DNA of 64,000 bases from an uncultured delta proteobacterium (GTDB taxonomy: Bacteria; Myxococcota_A; Polyangia; Polyangiales; B10-G4), in the NCBI GenBank assembly GCA_963727445.1, contig CAVSGI010000008.1, positions 480,001 to 544,000 on the forward strand, given 5' to 3'. Positions 47,230 to 60,684 of this stretch are shown one piece after another. The notes below the pieces were generated by a model that was not told where the DNA came from, did not search any database, and saw nothing but the letters and a program-made list of their open reading frames with translations. Every line of letters starts with the position of its first letter. The stretch's first letter is position 1. A program made the translations under genes and the position numbers.

Positions 47230-48591
47230 GCCGTCCCTCCGAGAGCGACCGCTGGCCTCTTGCGTCCGCCCTTACGTCCCTTGCCCGCCCGCGCGGGACG
47301 TGAAGCTCTCTTCTTCGACGAATCGTCGTCGTCGTCCGCCGCCGCTGCGCCTCGGGGCTCAGCGGCCGCGGGCGCGAGACGTTCAACAGGACCCCCACCG
47401 CCGCGCAGTTCACGAGCAGCGAGGAGCCGCCGTAGCTGATGAAGGGCAGCACCAGCCCCTTGGTCGGCAGCATCCCCATGGCCACCGCGAGGTTGGTGAA
47501 GGCCTGCAGCCCGATGAACATCGTGATGCCCACCGCCAGATAGGTGCCGTAGTCGTCCGCCGCCTCGAAGGCCGCGCGCAGCCGCGCACGACGAGATCGA
47601 CGAAGGCGACGATCGAGCAGCGGCGAGGCCGATGAAGCCGAGCTCCTCGCCGATGATGGCGCTGATGAAGTCGGTGTGCGCCTCGGGCAGGAAGAAGAGC
47701 TTCTGGCGGCTGTCGCCGATGCCGACGCCGGTCGAGCGCCGCCCGAGCCGAAGCTCATGAGCGACTCGGAGATCTGGTAGCCGACGTCGTAGCGGTGCTC
47801 GAAGGGCTGCAGGAACGCCTGGATGCGCCGCATGCGGTAGGGCGAAGTCGCGACCAGCGCGTAGGCCACCGGCGCGGCGAGCAGGACGGCGCCGAGGAGG
47901 TAGCCGGTCTTGGCGCCCGCGGTGAAGAGCAGGACGAAGGTCAGCAGGCCGATCATCACCGCGCTGCCGAAGTCGGGCTGCTTGAGGCAGAGGAGCATCA
48001 GGAAGCCCGCCACCAGCACGTGGGGGAGGAAGCCGACGGAGAAGGTGCGGATCTTCTCCGCGCTTCTTGGACAGCGAATAGGCGAGCCAGAGGATCAGCG
48101 CGAGCTTCGCGGTCTCCGCCGGCTGGATGTTGATGGGGCCGAGCTGAATCCAGCGCGCGGCGCCGCCCGCGCTTCGGCCGAAGCCGAGGGCGGTGACGGT
48201 GAGCAGGCCGATCGCGCCCGCCAGCGCCGGATAGGTGAGGACGCGGTAGCGGTGGTAGTCGATGCGCGCGCCCGCGAGGACGATGAAGAGGCCCGCCGAA
48301 GCGAAGATGCCCTGGCGGATCAGGAAGTGCTGGCCGTCGTCGTAGCGCTGCGACGCGTAGACCGCGCTCGCGCTGTAGACCATCACCACGCCGAAAGCGA
48401 CGAGGGCCACCACCAGCCCGGCGAGGATGGCGTCGGCCGGTCCCGACTTCGGGGCGGCCACCGCGGCCTTGGTCTCCGGCGCCTTCGAGGTCGTGCGGCG
48501 CGGGGCTTCGTCCGACTTCATCGAAGAGCTTCCCGAAGGAGCGGCGCACGAAGCCGACCTTCTTCTCCTCACCGTCTCCCTTGCGCTTCAT
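47226..48591 (-). CDS. ftsW: SEDS peptidoglycan polymerase FtsW (indels)
   Basis: [51 protein letters not shown]. Confidence 0.95.
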
Positions 48592-49980
48592 GCCGTCACC
48601 TCCGGGAGCTCGCGCACGCTCTCGGCGAAGACGTCGCCGCGCTCCGCGTAGCCGCTGAACATGTCGAAGCTCGAGCAGGCCGGCGCGAGGAGCACCACGT
48701 CGCCGGGCTGGGCCAGCTTCCGCGCGCCGCGGCGCACGGCGTCGTCCATGTCGGCTCGCACGCATCAGGGCGAGGCCCGCGCCGGCGAAGGCCTTCGATC
48801 CACGATGTCGCGCGCCTCGCCGACGAGCACCACCGCCGCGGCCCGGCCTTTCATGCGCGCGACCAGCGGCGCGTAGCTGCCGCCCTTGTCGACGCCGCCC
48901 GCGATCAGCACCACGCGGCCCTCGGGCGCGGCGAGGCCGTCGAGCGCGGCGACGGCGGCGCCCACGTTGGTCGCCTTGGAGTCGTCGACGTAGTCCACGC
49001 CCGTCGAGCTCGCGGACGTGCTGCATGCGGTGCGGCAGGCCCGGCGAAGCGCGCAGGAGCGCCTCTTCGACGTGCGCGGCCGACGGCGCCGGCGAGCCGC
49101 GCGGCCAGGGCCGCCGCGCAGGCGTTGTCGTAGTTGTGCTCGTCCGCGAAGCCAGGAGCCGCGCGAGGGGCACGCGAGAGCGCCGAGGCGCCGTTTCGAA
49201 CGACCCCGTCCGTCGACGCGGACCTCGCCGTCCGGCGCGCCGAAGGTGTGCACGGCGCCGCGCCGCGCGCGCGCCAGCGAGCGCGCAGAGCTCGTCGCTC
49301 GGCGGGGACGACCGCGGCGTCGCCCTGCTTCTGGCCGGCGAAGATGCGGCCCTTGGCCGCGGCGTAGTCGGCGAAGCGAGTCGTAGCGGTCGAGGTGGTC
49401 CTCGGTGACGTTGAGCAGCACGGCGACGTGCGGCGCGGAAGTGGTCGACGCGCTCGAGCTGGAAGCTCGACAGCTCGACCACCACGATCCCGTCGGGGCC
49501 CGCCGCTTCGGTGCCGACCGACGTCGGTGAGCGGCTCGCCGAGGTTGCCGCCGACGAAGGTCGGCCGACCGGTGCGGCGGCACATCTCGCCGACCAGGGT
49601 GGTGACGGTGCTCTTGCCGTTGGTGCCGGTGATGGCGACCACGGTGGATCGATGAACCAGCGAGGCCAGCTCGACCTCGCTCGCGATGGGGATGCCCGCG
49701 CGCGTCGGCGGCGTCGAGCGCCGCGAGCGGCGGGACGCCCGGCGAGACCACGATGCGGTCCACCGAGGTGAAGAGCGCCTCGTCGTGACCGCCGAGGGCC
49801 AGCTCTGCGCCGAGCGGCGCGACGCTTCCTTCACGCGCTCGCCGAGGGCAGCTTCGTCGCGGCGCGTCGTTGACAGTCACCTTCGCCCCCGCGCGCACGA
49901 GGAGCGCCGCCGCGCGCCAGCCCGCTCACGCCGAGGCCCACGACAAGCACCTTCTTTCCGCTGAGATCGACAGCGCTCAT
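48588..49980 (-). CDS. murD: UDP-MurNAc-L-Ala--D-Glu ligase (indels)
   Basis: [50 protein letters not shown]. Confidence 0.93.
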
Positions 49981-51112
49981 CGCAGCTTCACCTGCGCCAG
50001 GCCACGAGCGCCAGCATGATGGAGATGATCCAGAAGCGGACGATGACCCGCGGCTCGGGCCAGCCCTTCTTCTCGAAGTGGTGGTGGATGGGCGCCATCA
50101 GGAAGACGCGCTTGCCGGTGAGCTTGAAGACCGCGACCTGGGTGATGACGCTCACCGACTCGACCACGAAGATGCCGCCGAGGATCAGGGAGACCAGCTC
50201 GTTCTTGGTGACCACCGCGAGGGCGCCGAGGCCGCCGCCGAGCGCGAGGGAGCCGACGTCGCCCATGAAGACCATGCGCGGGGTAGGTGTTGTACCAGAG
50301 GAAGCCGACGCCCGCGCCGATCACCGCGCGCGCAGAAGACGGCGAGCTCCGAGCGCGCTGCGCGATCGCCGGGATGTGCAGGTACTGGGCGACGCTCTGG
50401 CCGAAGAAGGTGACGCCCGCCAGGTAGGCGAGGATCGCGTAGGTGCCCGCGTTGATCATCACCGGGCCGATGGCGAGCCCGTCGAGCCCGTCGGTGAGGT
50501 TCACCGCGTTCGAGAAGCCCGACGATGCACGAAGGCGCCGAAGAGCACGTAGAGCCAGGGCGGCAGCGAGACGGGGTGCTTGTCGAAGGCGACGAAGGGG
50601 ACGTGGAGGCGGTACGCGGAGCTCGAGCCAGTCCGGCGGGCAGCCCGCTCTCGCCGTAGAAAGAGCCAGATAGCAGAGGCCGCCGGCGATCGGCGAACTG
50701 GAGCAGGAGCTTGTAGCGGCCGGCGAGGCCGCCGGTGTCCTTGCGGCGGATCTTGGCGGCGTCGTCGATGTAGCCGATGGCGCCGTAGCTCGCGGTGATC
50801 GCCATCACCACCCAGACCATGGCGTTGTTGGGGTCGGCCCAAAGCACGGTGGAGACGACCGACGCGTCAAGAGGATCAGCGCGCCGCCCATGGTGGGCGT
50901 GCCCGCTTTCGACAGGTGCGACTCGGGGCCCTCCTTGCGGACCACCTGGCCGATCTGCTTTCGCTGAAGGCGCCGGATGAACCAGGGGTAGAGACCGAAG
51001 GTCAGAAAGAGCGCGGTGAGCATCGCCATCACCACGCGGAACGGCACGTAGCGAAGGACGTTCAGGAAGCCGAAGCTGTCCTGGGAGCTGAGCGGATAGA
51101 GGAGCTCGTAGA

Positions 51113-51116
<4 letters not shown>
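49977..51116 (-). CDS. mraY: Phospho-MurNAc-pentapeptide transferase (indels)
   Basis: [44 protein letters not shown]. Confidence 0.96.
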
Positions 51117-52526
<1,410 letters not shown>

Positions 52527-52527
52527 C

Positions 52528-54052
52528 TCAGCCCTCCCCCGTGACGCGCGGCGATGGCGCGCGCGCGTGCTCGCGATCGTCGAAGTGGATCTTCTCGGTG
52601 CCGAGGATCTGGTAGTCCTCGTGCCCCTTGCCGGCGATGAGCACCGTGTCGCCCGGGCGCGCCGCCGCGATGGCGACCTCGATGGCGCGGGCGCGGTCCA
52701 CGATGGACGACGTAGCCTCGGCGGCCTCGCCCAGCGCGTCCTGTGCGAGGGGCGCGTCGTAGACCTCGCGAACGCCGGGGAGGATCTGCGCGACGATGCT
52801 CTCGGCCGTCCTCGGTGCGCGGGTTGTCGCTGGTGACGATGGCGAGATCCGCGCTGCTCGCGGCCGACCCGGCCCATGAGCGGGCGCTTTTCGCGATCGC
52901 GGTCGCCGCCGCAGCCGAAGACCACGATCAGCCGCGCGGGCGTGATGGGACGGAGCGCAGCGAGGGCGCTCGACAGCGCGTCGGGCGTGTGGGCGTAGTC
53001 GACGAGGACCGCCACGTCGCGGGGATCGGCGACCCGCTCGAGACGCCCCGGCGCGCCCTTCGCCTCGCGAAGCGCTTTGACCACCCGCGCCGCGTCGAGC
53101 TCGAGGGCGATGGCGCAGCCCAGCGTGACCAGCGAGGTTCTCGAGGTTGTGCGCGCCGATGAGCGGGCTCTTCACGACGAGCTCGCCGGCGGGCGTCGCC
53201 ACCGTGGCTTCGATGCCCTCACGGCCCATCGCAGAACGTGAGGACGCGTATCGACGCGTCTCGTCGCCCGGAGGCGGAGCAGGTGAGCACGCCTCGTCCG
53301 AGGCGCTCCGCGAGCTCGCGCGCCGAAGGCATCGTCGACGTTGACCACGCTCGCGCCGGGCGACAGCTCGGTGAAGAGGCGCGCCTTGGCGGCGCCGTAC
53401 GCCTCGAAGGTGCCGTGGAAGTCGAGGTGGTCCTGGGTGAGGTTGGTGAAGGCGGCGACCTCGAAGCGCGACGGCGTCGACGCGATGCAGCGCGAGCCCG
53501 TGGCTCGACACCTCCATCACCAGGTGGGTCGCGCCGGCGTCGACCACCAGGCGCGCGAAGCGCGCCAGATGTCGTCGCCCTCGGGCGTGGTGAAGGACGC
53601 CGCCTCGTCGCACACCCGGGCCGCGGCGTCGCGACCGTGCCGAGCAGCGCCGGCCTGCCGCCGGCCGCGCCGCGATCACCGACTCGATGAGCCAGGCGTC
53701 GGTGGTCTTGCCGTTGGTGCCCGGTGATGCCGACCAGCGCGAGCTCCGCGGTGGGATCGCCGTAGACCACTTCGGCGACCGGCCCGAGCGCCTGCCGCGC
53801 GTCGTCCACCACCAGCAGCGGCACGTCGAGCTCGAGCTCGCGCTCCGCCGGCACCGCGACCGCCCCGCGGCGCCACCGCGTCGTCGACGAAGCGCGCGCC
53901 GTCCACGTTCTGCCCCGGGACGGCGACGAAGAGATCGCCTGCGGTCACGCGCGCGCGAGTCGTGCTGCACGCCCGTCGGACCGCACCGATGCGTCGCCGA
54001 TCAACCGGCCGAAGCCCGCGGCCGCCAGCTGGCCGAGGGAGGGCGCGCTCAT
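52528..54052 (-). CDS. murE: UDP-MurNAc-dipeptide--diamino acid ligase (indels)
   Basis: [44 protein letters not shown]. Confidence 0.95.
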
Positions 54053-56210
54053 CCGCCGCCTCCCGTCACCTGCGGGAGCGTCGAAGCGAGCTCGCCCGAC
54101 GGAACTTCGACCGGATCGCTCTCACGCCCGTAGCGCGGCGGCGCGAGCTCGACCCGGACGCTGCGTGCCGCGACGCACCACCTCGCCCGGCGCCGGGCAC
54201 CTGCGAGACGACCAATCCGCTGCCGGCGAATCGACCGCGAAGCCCCGCTCCGTGCATCGCCACGAGCGCCGCGCGCGCGGTCTGCCCCTGGCACGTCGGG
54301 CACGCGGCGTCTCGCCCTCGCCGGGCATGCGCTCGCGTGATCGCCGGGCCGGGCTCGCTCTCTTCGGCCTCCGCCTCGTCGCCGCCCGCGCGACGCGCTT
54401 CGGCGAGCGCCCGCTCTGCTTCCCGCTCCCGGCGGCGCCGCTCTGCCGCGTGCTCGGCGAGCGCTTCACCACCGGTCGCCGCGGGCACGCCCAGGTGACG
54501 AAGCGCCGCTTCGCCAACGCGCCGGAAGACCGGGCCCGGCGACCTGACCGCCCGTAGTGAACGATCACCGGCTCGTCGATCACCACGCTGATGACCAGCC
54601 GCGGATCCTCCGCGGGCACGAAGCCCACGAAGGACGCGGTCCAGCGGTTCTCGGCGTAGCCGCCGGTGACGTAGTCGGCCTTCTGCGCGGTGCCGGTCTT
54701 GCCGGCGACCAGGTAGCCGTCGATGGCCGCCTCGTAGCCGGTGCCGTCCGGGCCGGTGACCGCGGTGAGCATGTCGCCCACGAGCCGCGCGGTGTCGCGC
54801 GGGATGACCTGCGGCGCCGCGCGGAGGGCAGCGTCTCTTCGACGGTCTCCCCTTCCCCGTCGGCCACGCGCCGCACCAGCACCGGCTGCATCAGCACGCC
54901 ACCGTTGGCGATGCGCGCCATCGCGGTCGCCAGCTGGACGTTGGTGACGCTCATCGCCCTGTCCGAAGGCGATGGTGGCCGCGTCCATCTCGTACCAGCG
55001 CCGGTAGTGGCGCAGGATGCCGCCGGTCTCGCCGGGCAGCGGCAGGCCGGTCGGCTCGCCGAAGCCGAAGCGCCGGAAGCGCGCGGAAGAGCCCGCGTCG
55101 CCCGAGCGTCGCGCCGATCTTCGCGGCGCCGATGTTGGACGAGAATGCCAGCACCTGCGCCGGGGTGAGCTCGTCGAAATGGTGCGAGTCGTGGATGGTG
55201 TACTCGCGCGACCTCCATCGCTCCGCCTTCGCAGTCGATGATCTGGTTGGGGCGGATGGTCCCCGTCGCGAGCGCGCCGGCCGACGGTGAAGGGCTTGAC
55301 CGTCGAGCCCGGCTCGAAGCGTCGGTGATGCGCGCGGTTGCGCCGATGCGCCGGCCCCGGAGCGCGCCCGGTTCGTTGGGGTTGAAGGTCGGGTAGTTCG
55401 CCATCGCGAGGATCTCGCCGGTGCGCGGATCCATCACCACCACGCTGCCCGCGCGCGCCTCGAAGGTGCGCACCGCGAGCGCGAGCTCGCGCTCGGCGAC
55501 GTGCTGGATGGTCTTGTCGATGGTCAGGTAGATGTCGTCGCCCTGCGCCGCGCGGTCGTCGAGGAGCTGCTCGCGAGAAGACGACGCGGCCGCGGCGGTC
55601 GCGGATGGCGGGCACCGCGCGCACCGAGCCGCGCAGGTGCTCCTCGAACGCGAGCTCCAGCCCCTCGATGCCCTCGCCGTCGATGTTGGCGAAGCCGAGG
55701 AGGTGCGCGGCGAGCTCGCGGTTCGGGTAGTAGCGCCGCGCCTCGCTGGTCATGTGCACGCCGGGGATGTCGAGGGCGCGCACCGCGTCCGCCTGCTGCG
55801 GCGTGACGCGCCGCTCGATCCAGACGAAGTAGCGGTCGGAGGACAGGCGCGTGGTGATGCGCTCGCGATCGATCGCCGAGCACCGCGGCGAGCTGTCGCG
55901 CGGCCATCGCCGGGTCCATGCCCTCGGCGCGGCATCTCGCGGGGGTTCGCGCAGACGCTGTCGACGTCGACGCTCACCGCGAGCTCGGCGCCGTGGCGGT
56001 CGTAGATGGTGCCGCGCTTCGGCGCGAGCCGGATGTCCCGCAGGTACTGCTCCTCGGCCATCTCGCGGAGCGTGCGGCGCCGCGCTCGATCGGTGAGCTC
56101 CCACGCGCGGCGCAGGACGAGCCCGGCGCCGGCGGAGAGCGACCAGCGCCGAGGAGCGCCGATGCGCACCCGCACCCAGCGCGCGGCGCTCGGGGCGGAA
56201 GGTTCCTCAT
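54049..56210 (-). CDS. ftsI: Class B penicillin-binding protein FtsI with C-terminal PASTA-like domain (indels)
   Basis: RGTIYDR.G, RYYP, GIEGLE, EPGSTVKP (SxxK), SSNIG (SxN), AGKTGTAQK. Confidence 0.94.
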
Positions 56211-56519
56211 CGCACCCTCCCCGCCGCGCGGCGCGGCGCGCTCGCGTCCGACCGGCACGATCCGCTCGGGCTCGGGCACGTCCATGTCGAGGCGTCCCGC
56301 GCGCGACCGTCTCGATGCGCTCGGCCTGCCGGAGCGTCGCCGCCTCGATCGCGAGCAGGCGTCGCTGCTCGATCAGCCGACGCTGCTCGCGCCGCGCCTC
56401 GCCCGACCTCGTAGCCGAGCGCGCACCGTCTCGTAGCGCAGCGCGAGGTGCGACGACGAACGCGGCCGCCGCGGCGAGCACCGCCGCACGCTCCAGAGCA
56501 TCAGGAAGCGCGCCTTCAT
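56207..56519 (-). CDS. ftsL: Cell division protein FtsL (indels)
   Basis: Position between rsmH and ftsI; TM plus coiled coil EAATLR.AERIE..AR. Confidence 0.8.
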
Positions 56520-57437
56520 GCCGCCACCTCGCCGCGGGACACGCGACGCGCGGCGCGGAGCTTGCGCTGCGCGAGCGCGGGTTGTCGCGCTGCTCTTCGT
56601 CGCCGGCCATGCGCGGCTTCTTGGTGAGGGGCTCGAGCGCGGGCGTCGTCGCGGAAGGCGCCGCTTCACCATGCGGTCCTCGAGCGAGTGGAAGGAGATG
56701 ATCACCGCGACCCCGTCGTCCTCGAGGACGTCGGCGAGGTCGTCGAGCAGCGCGTCGAGCTGGCCGAGCTCGCCGTTGACCGCGATGCGCAGCGCCTGGA
56801 AGGTCCGGGTCGCCGGATCGATGCGCCCTGCGCTGCGGGCCCAGCGCGCGCACGACGGCGCGCTGCGGAGATCGTTGGTCGTCTCGAGCGTCGCCTCGTC
56901 GCGGGCACGGACTTGATGGAGCGCGCGATGCGGCCGCGATTTCCGCTCCTCGCCGAGCTGGTAGAGGACGATCGGCGAGGTCGCTCTTCGTTCAGGCGGC
57001 CGAGGAGCTCGCGGGCCGTCTCGCCCTGGGTCGGATCCATGCGCATGTCGAGGGGGCCCTCCGGCGCGGAAGGAAAAGCCGCGCGTCGGCCTGGTCCAGC
57101 TGGGGTGAGCTGACCCCGAGATCGGCGACGAGCCCGTCGCACCCGGGACGCCCCGCCTCGCGCGAGCAGCTCGCGCGACGTCGGCGAATCTCGCCGTGCA
57201 CCAAGCGTGGCTCGGTCGCCGAAGCGCGCGAGCCGCGCGCGCGCCGCGGCGAGCGCGCTCGGGTCGCGGTCGATGCCGATGAGCCGTCCGTCCGGCGCGC
57301 TCGCTCGAGGATCGCCTCGGCGTGCCCGCCGCCGCCGAGGGTGGCGTCCGCGTAGACGCCGCCGGTGCGCGGCGCGAGTGCAGTCGAGCGTCTCGGCGCA
57401 GCATGCACCGTCGGCGTGGCGCGAAGCTCGCCGTCAC
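56516..57437 (-). CDS. rsmH: 16S rRNA m4C1402 methyltransferase (indels)
   Basis: [51 protein letters not shown]. Confidence 0.95.
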
Positions 57438-57889
57438 AGGCCCGAGCTCCGCGAGGCGGCGCGCCATCTCCATCGCGCTGCGTCGGATCGTCGAGCACGG
57501 CGGCGCGCAGCTCGTCGAAGCGCTCCTTGGCCCAGAGCTCGAGGTGCGGCCCATGCCGGCCCACAGCGCTTCGCGCTCGAGGCCCGCGTGGTCGCGCAGG
57601 CTCTGGGGATCAGGATGCGGCCGAGCTTGTCGAGCTCGACCTCGATGGCGCCCGACACGTAGATGCGCCGGATCATCGCGACGCTCGGATCGAACTGCGG
57701 CAGCGCGAGCAGGCGCTCCTCGAAGCGCGAGCCACTCGCTCCATCGGATAGGCGACGAGGCAGGGATCGAGCCCGGTGGTGATCACCAGACGCCTCGTCG
57801 CCGAGGGCCGCGAGCACTTCGCGGAAACGTGACGGAAGGGACGTGCGTCCCTTACCGTCGATCGCGTGCTCGTAACGTCCTCGGAACAC
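57434..57889 (-). CDS. mraZ: Transcriptional regulator MraZ (indels)
   Basis: [34 protein letters not shown]. Confidence 0.95.
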   Translation of the reverse strand: MFRGRYEHAIDGKGRTSLPSRFREVLAALGDEASGDHHRARSLPRRLSDGASGSRFEERLLALPQFDPSVAMIRRIYVSGAIEVELDKLGRILIPRACATTRASSAKRCGPAWAAPRALGQGALRRAARRRARRSDAARWRWRAASRSSGL

Positions 57890-57931
57890 CCTCGTTCACT
57901 CCACCTGTCGAGGTCATCTGGGGCCGCAATT

Positions 57932-57957
57932 GGCACTGGTTCCCACTCCTTACCACT
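57932..57957 (-). promoter_or_regulatory. MraZ-binding direct repeats
   Basis: Minus strand AGTGGT-N4-AGTGGG-N4-AGTGCC with exact 10-bp period, matching known GTGG-type MraZ boxes. Confidence 0.75.
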
Positions 57958-57965
57958 ACGCGCCG

Positions 57966-57995
57966 AACCTATGGAAAGCAGCCAGAGGGTGTCAA
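57966..57995 (-). promoter_or_regulatory. Sigma70-type promoter of the dcw operon
   Basis: TTGACA-N18-TAGGTT immediately upstream of the MraZ boxes. Confidence 0.75.
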
Positions 57996-58183
57996 CTTCT
58001 TTCTAGGTGCGGAAAAAGATCGAGAATCCGGCGTCTTACACTGGCTTACCACGACCTGTGGGGTGTTCAAATGCAGAACGAGACACATGGGGTCTATTGT
58101 CTCCAGAACAGCCGTTCCCCGTCCGGGGTCTCTCGTCACCATCGCGAATCCGCCCTGCCGTGTCCGATTCGTTAGAATCGGCC

Positions 58184-58519
58184 ATGGCGACGACTCCGAT
58201 CGCCGAGGCGTGGGAAGCGCTTCAGCAGGAATGGGAGGACCCGAAGGCGCACAAGCGCTTCATCGCCCTCTGCCAGAGCCTCGATGGTCTCTCGGAGGCG
58301 GGGCGGCGCTACCGCGCGGTGCGCGATTCGGACGAAGAAGAGGCCCGCCGCGCGGAAGCGGAACGCCAGATCGACGCGATTCTCGCCCAGGCGCTCGCGA
58401 CCCTCGAGGTGCTGAAATCCCCTCCCCCGCCGAAGCGCAATACCGCGCTGCTCCTGGTGGCGGCGGTGGTCTTCGTGCTGCTGGTGGGTACCGCGACCCT
58501 GGCGGTCATGGGACCTTGA
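58184..58519 (+). CDS. Small C-terminally anchored membrane protein, hypothetical
   Basis: Helical soluble domain (W..W...AH.RF..LC) plus C-terminal TM. Confidence 0.75.
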   Translation: MATTPIAEAWEALQQEWEDPKAHKRFIALCQSLDGLSEAGRRYRAVRDSDEEEARRAEAERQIDAILAQALATLEVLKSPPPPKRNTALLLVAAVVFVLLVGTATLAVMGP

Positions 58520-58609
58520 AATCGAACCAACGCGAGGCCCCAGTGCGGTAGGCTTCGTTGCGGTCTCGGGTGGCTCCCCGCCGCCCTCGGACCGAAAGCC
58601 TGAGAGACC

Positions 58610-59283
58610 TTGCAAGTCGATTTCTCCGCCCGCGAGCTGACAGTCAAGCTCGTCTACTACGGCCCGGCGCTGAGCGGGAAGACCACGAACCTGCAGGCGA
58701 TCCACCAGCTCGTGCTCCGACGAAGCCAAGGGTCGCTTGATGACCCTCGAGACGCGGGACGACCGCACCCTCTTCTTCGATCTGTTGCCCCTGACGCTTC
58801 GACTCGGAGAGCGGGCTCAAGGTGCGCATCAAGCTCTTCACGGTTCCGGGCCAGGTCATCCACAACGCCACCCGCCGCCTGGTCCTGCAGGGCGCCGACG
58901 GCGTCGCCTTCATCGCCGACTCCCAGCGAAGCGAGACCAAGGCGAACCAGGCCGCGTTCCTGAACATGCGGCAGAACCTTCAGGACAACGGCATCGACCC
59001 GGCGCACGATCCCGCTGGTCATCCAGTTCAACAAGCGCGACCTCCCCGAACATCCGGACCGACGCGGAGCTCGACGCGCTGGCGGCTCGCGGCCGTGAGC
59101 CGGTGTTCAAGGCCATCGCGCTCCGCGGCGCCGGCGTGCTCGAGACGCTGGTCGGGCTCCTGGAGCTCACCTGGGCGCAGCTCGAGTCGGAGCACGATCT
59201 CAGGGACAAGTTCGGGCTCAATCCGCAGGAAGCTGCTCGAGATGCGCAGCATCTCGGCTCGCGAGCTCGGGGTGGACTCGTGA
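58610..59283 (+). CDS. MglA-family small GTPase (orphan paralog; indels)
   Basis: [48 protein letters not shown] across frames. Confidence 0.92.
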
Positions 59284-60683
59284 GCGGCATCGACCTCGGC
59301 ATCACGCTCGGCGACATCGCGCGGCCTCGAAGAGGTCATCGATCGCGAAGCGCTCACCGAGGTGTGCCGTTCCTTCTTCGATCTCTTCGGGATCTCGATC
59401 CGCGTCTTCTCCCACGGCGGCGCGCTGCTGGCCGACGTGCACGAGGAGCAGGCGATCTGCCGCTACGTCAACACCTTCGGTGAGGGACGCAAGGCGTGTG
59501 GCGCGACTGTGGGCGCGGTGAAGTCGATCACGCCCGACGGCGATACGGTGGTCCATCCGTGCTTCACCGGCGCGGTCTATCGCGTCGTCCCGATCGACTA
59601 CCACGGGCGTCCGGTGGGCCGCTTCGTCATCGGCCCCTATCTACCCGCCGAGCTGCGAGGAGATGCCCCACAGCTTGATGGTGATCGACGAGGGGTTGGA
59701 CGAAGACGAAGCGCAGAACGCGCTCGGGCGCATGCCGCGCGTGCGCGAAGAGACGGCGATGCGCCTCGGCGCGCACCTCCGTCACGTCATCGATCTGATC
59801 CTCTTCTCCAGCCACCGCGCGCACCTCACGAGCGAGATGCACGTCGCGAGCGTGCGCGAGAGCTACCGCGAGCTCGCGGAGAAGACCGACAAGCTCCAGG
59901 AGGCCTACGACCGGCTCAAGGAGCTCGACCAGCTGAAGTCGAACTTCCTCGCGACGGTGAGCCACGAGCTGCGCACGCCTCTGACGTCGATCATCGGCTA
60001 CTCCGAGATGCTCGCGAGCGGCATCGCAGGCGACCTCAACGAGGAGCAGCGCGAGTTCGTCGAGACGATCCGCAGCAAGGGCGATCACCTGCTGCGCTGA
60101 TCACGAGCCTGCTCGACGTCGAGCAAGCTCGAGCAGGGACAGCTGACCCTCGATCGCCGAGCCCATCGACGCCGGCGAGCTGGTCGGAGCCGTGGCTACG
60201 ACCCTCGCGCCGCAAGCCAGGAAGAAGGGCGTCGACATTCACGTCGACGTCGCGGCCGAGCTCCCCGAGCTGCGTGGTCGACCGGATCCGGCTCCAGCAG
60301 GTGCTCTCAGAACCTCGCCGACAACGCGGTGAAGTTCACGCGACAAGGGCGGCCAAGTGACCGCTCAAGGCGAGCGCGACGGCGCTCGACGACGATGCGG
60401 CGGCGGCGTGGGCGCGGTGCTCATGGCCACGCCGCGCGCCGCCGTCGAGTTCGCCATCGCCGACACCGGCGTCGGCATCCCCCAGGACGAGCTCGAACGG
60501 ATCTTCGACGCTTTCTATCAGGTCGACGGAAGCTCGACGCGCGAGCACGGCGGCGCCGGGCTCGGTCTGTCGATCGTCAAGCGATTGGTCGAAGCCCACG
60601 GCGGCGAGATCCGCGTCGAGAGCCTGGTCGGAGAGGGCACCACCTTCTTCGTGATCATCCCCGAGCTGGAGCGCGACGGTTGA
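59280..60683 (+). CDS. Cytoplasmic histidine kinase with PocR-type sensor domain (indels)
   Basis: C...C...PC.TG..PI...G..VG..VIGP; FLATVSHELRTPLTSIIG; NAVKFT; DTGVGI; FYQVD; GAGLGLSI. Confidence 0.88.
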
Positions 60684-60684
60684 G

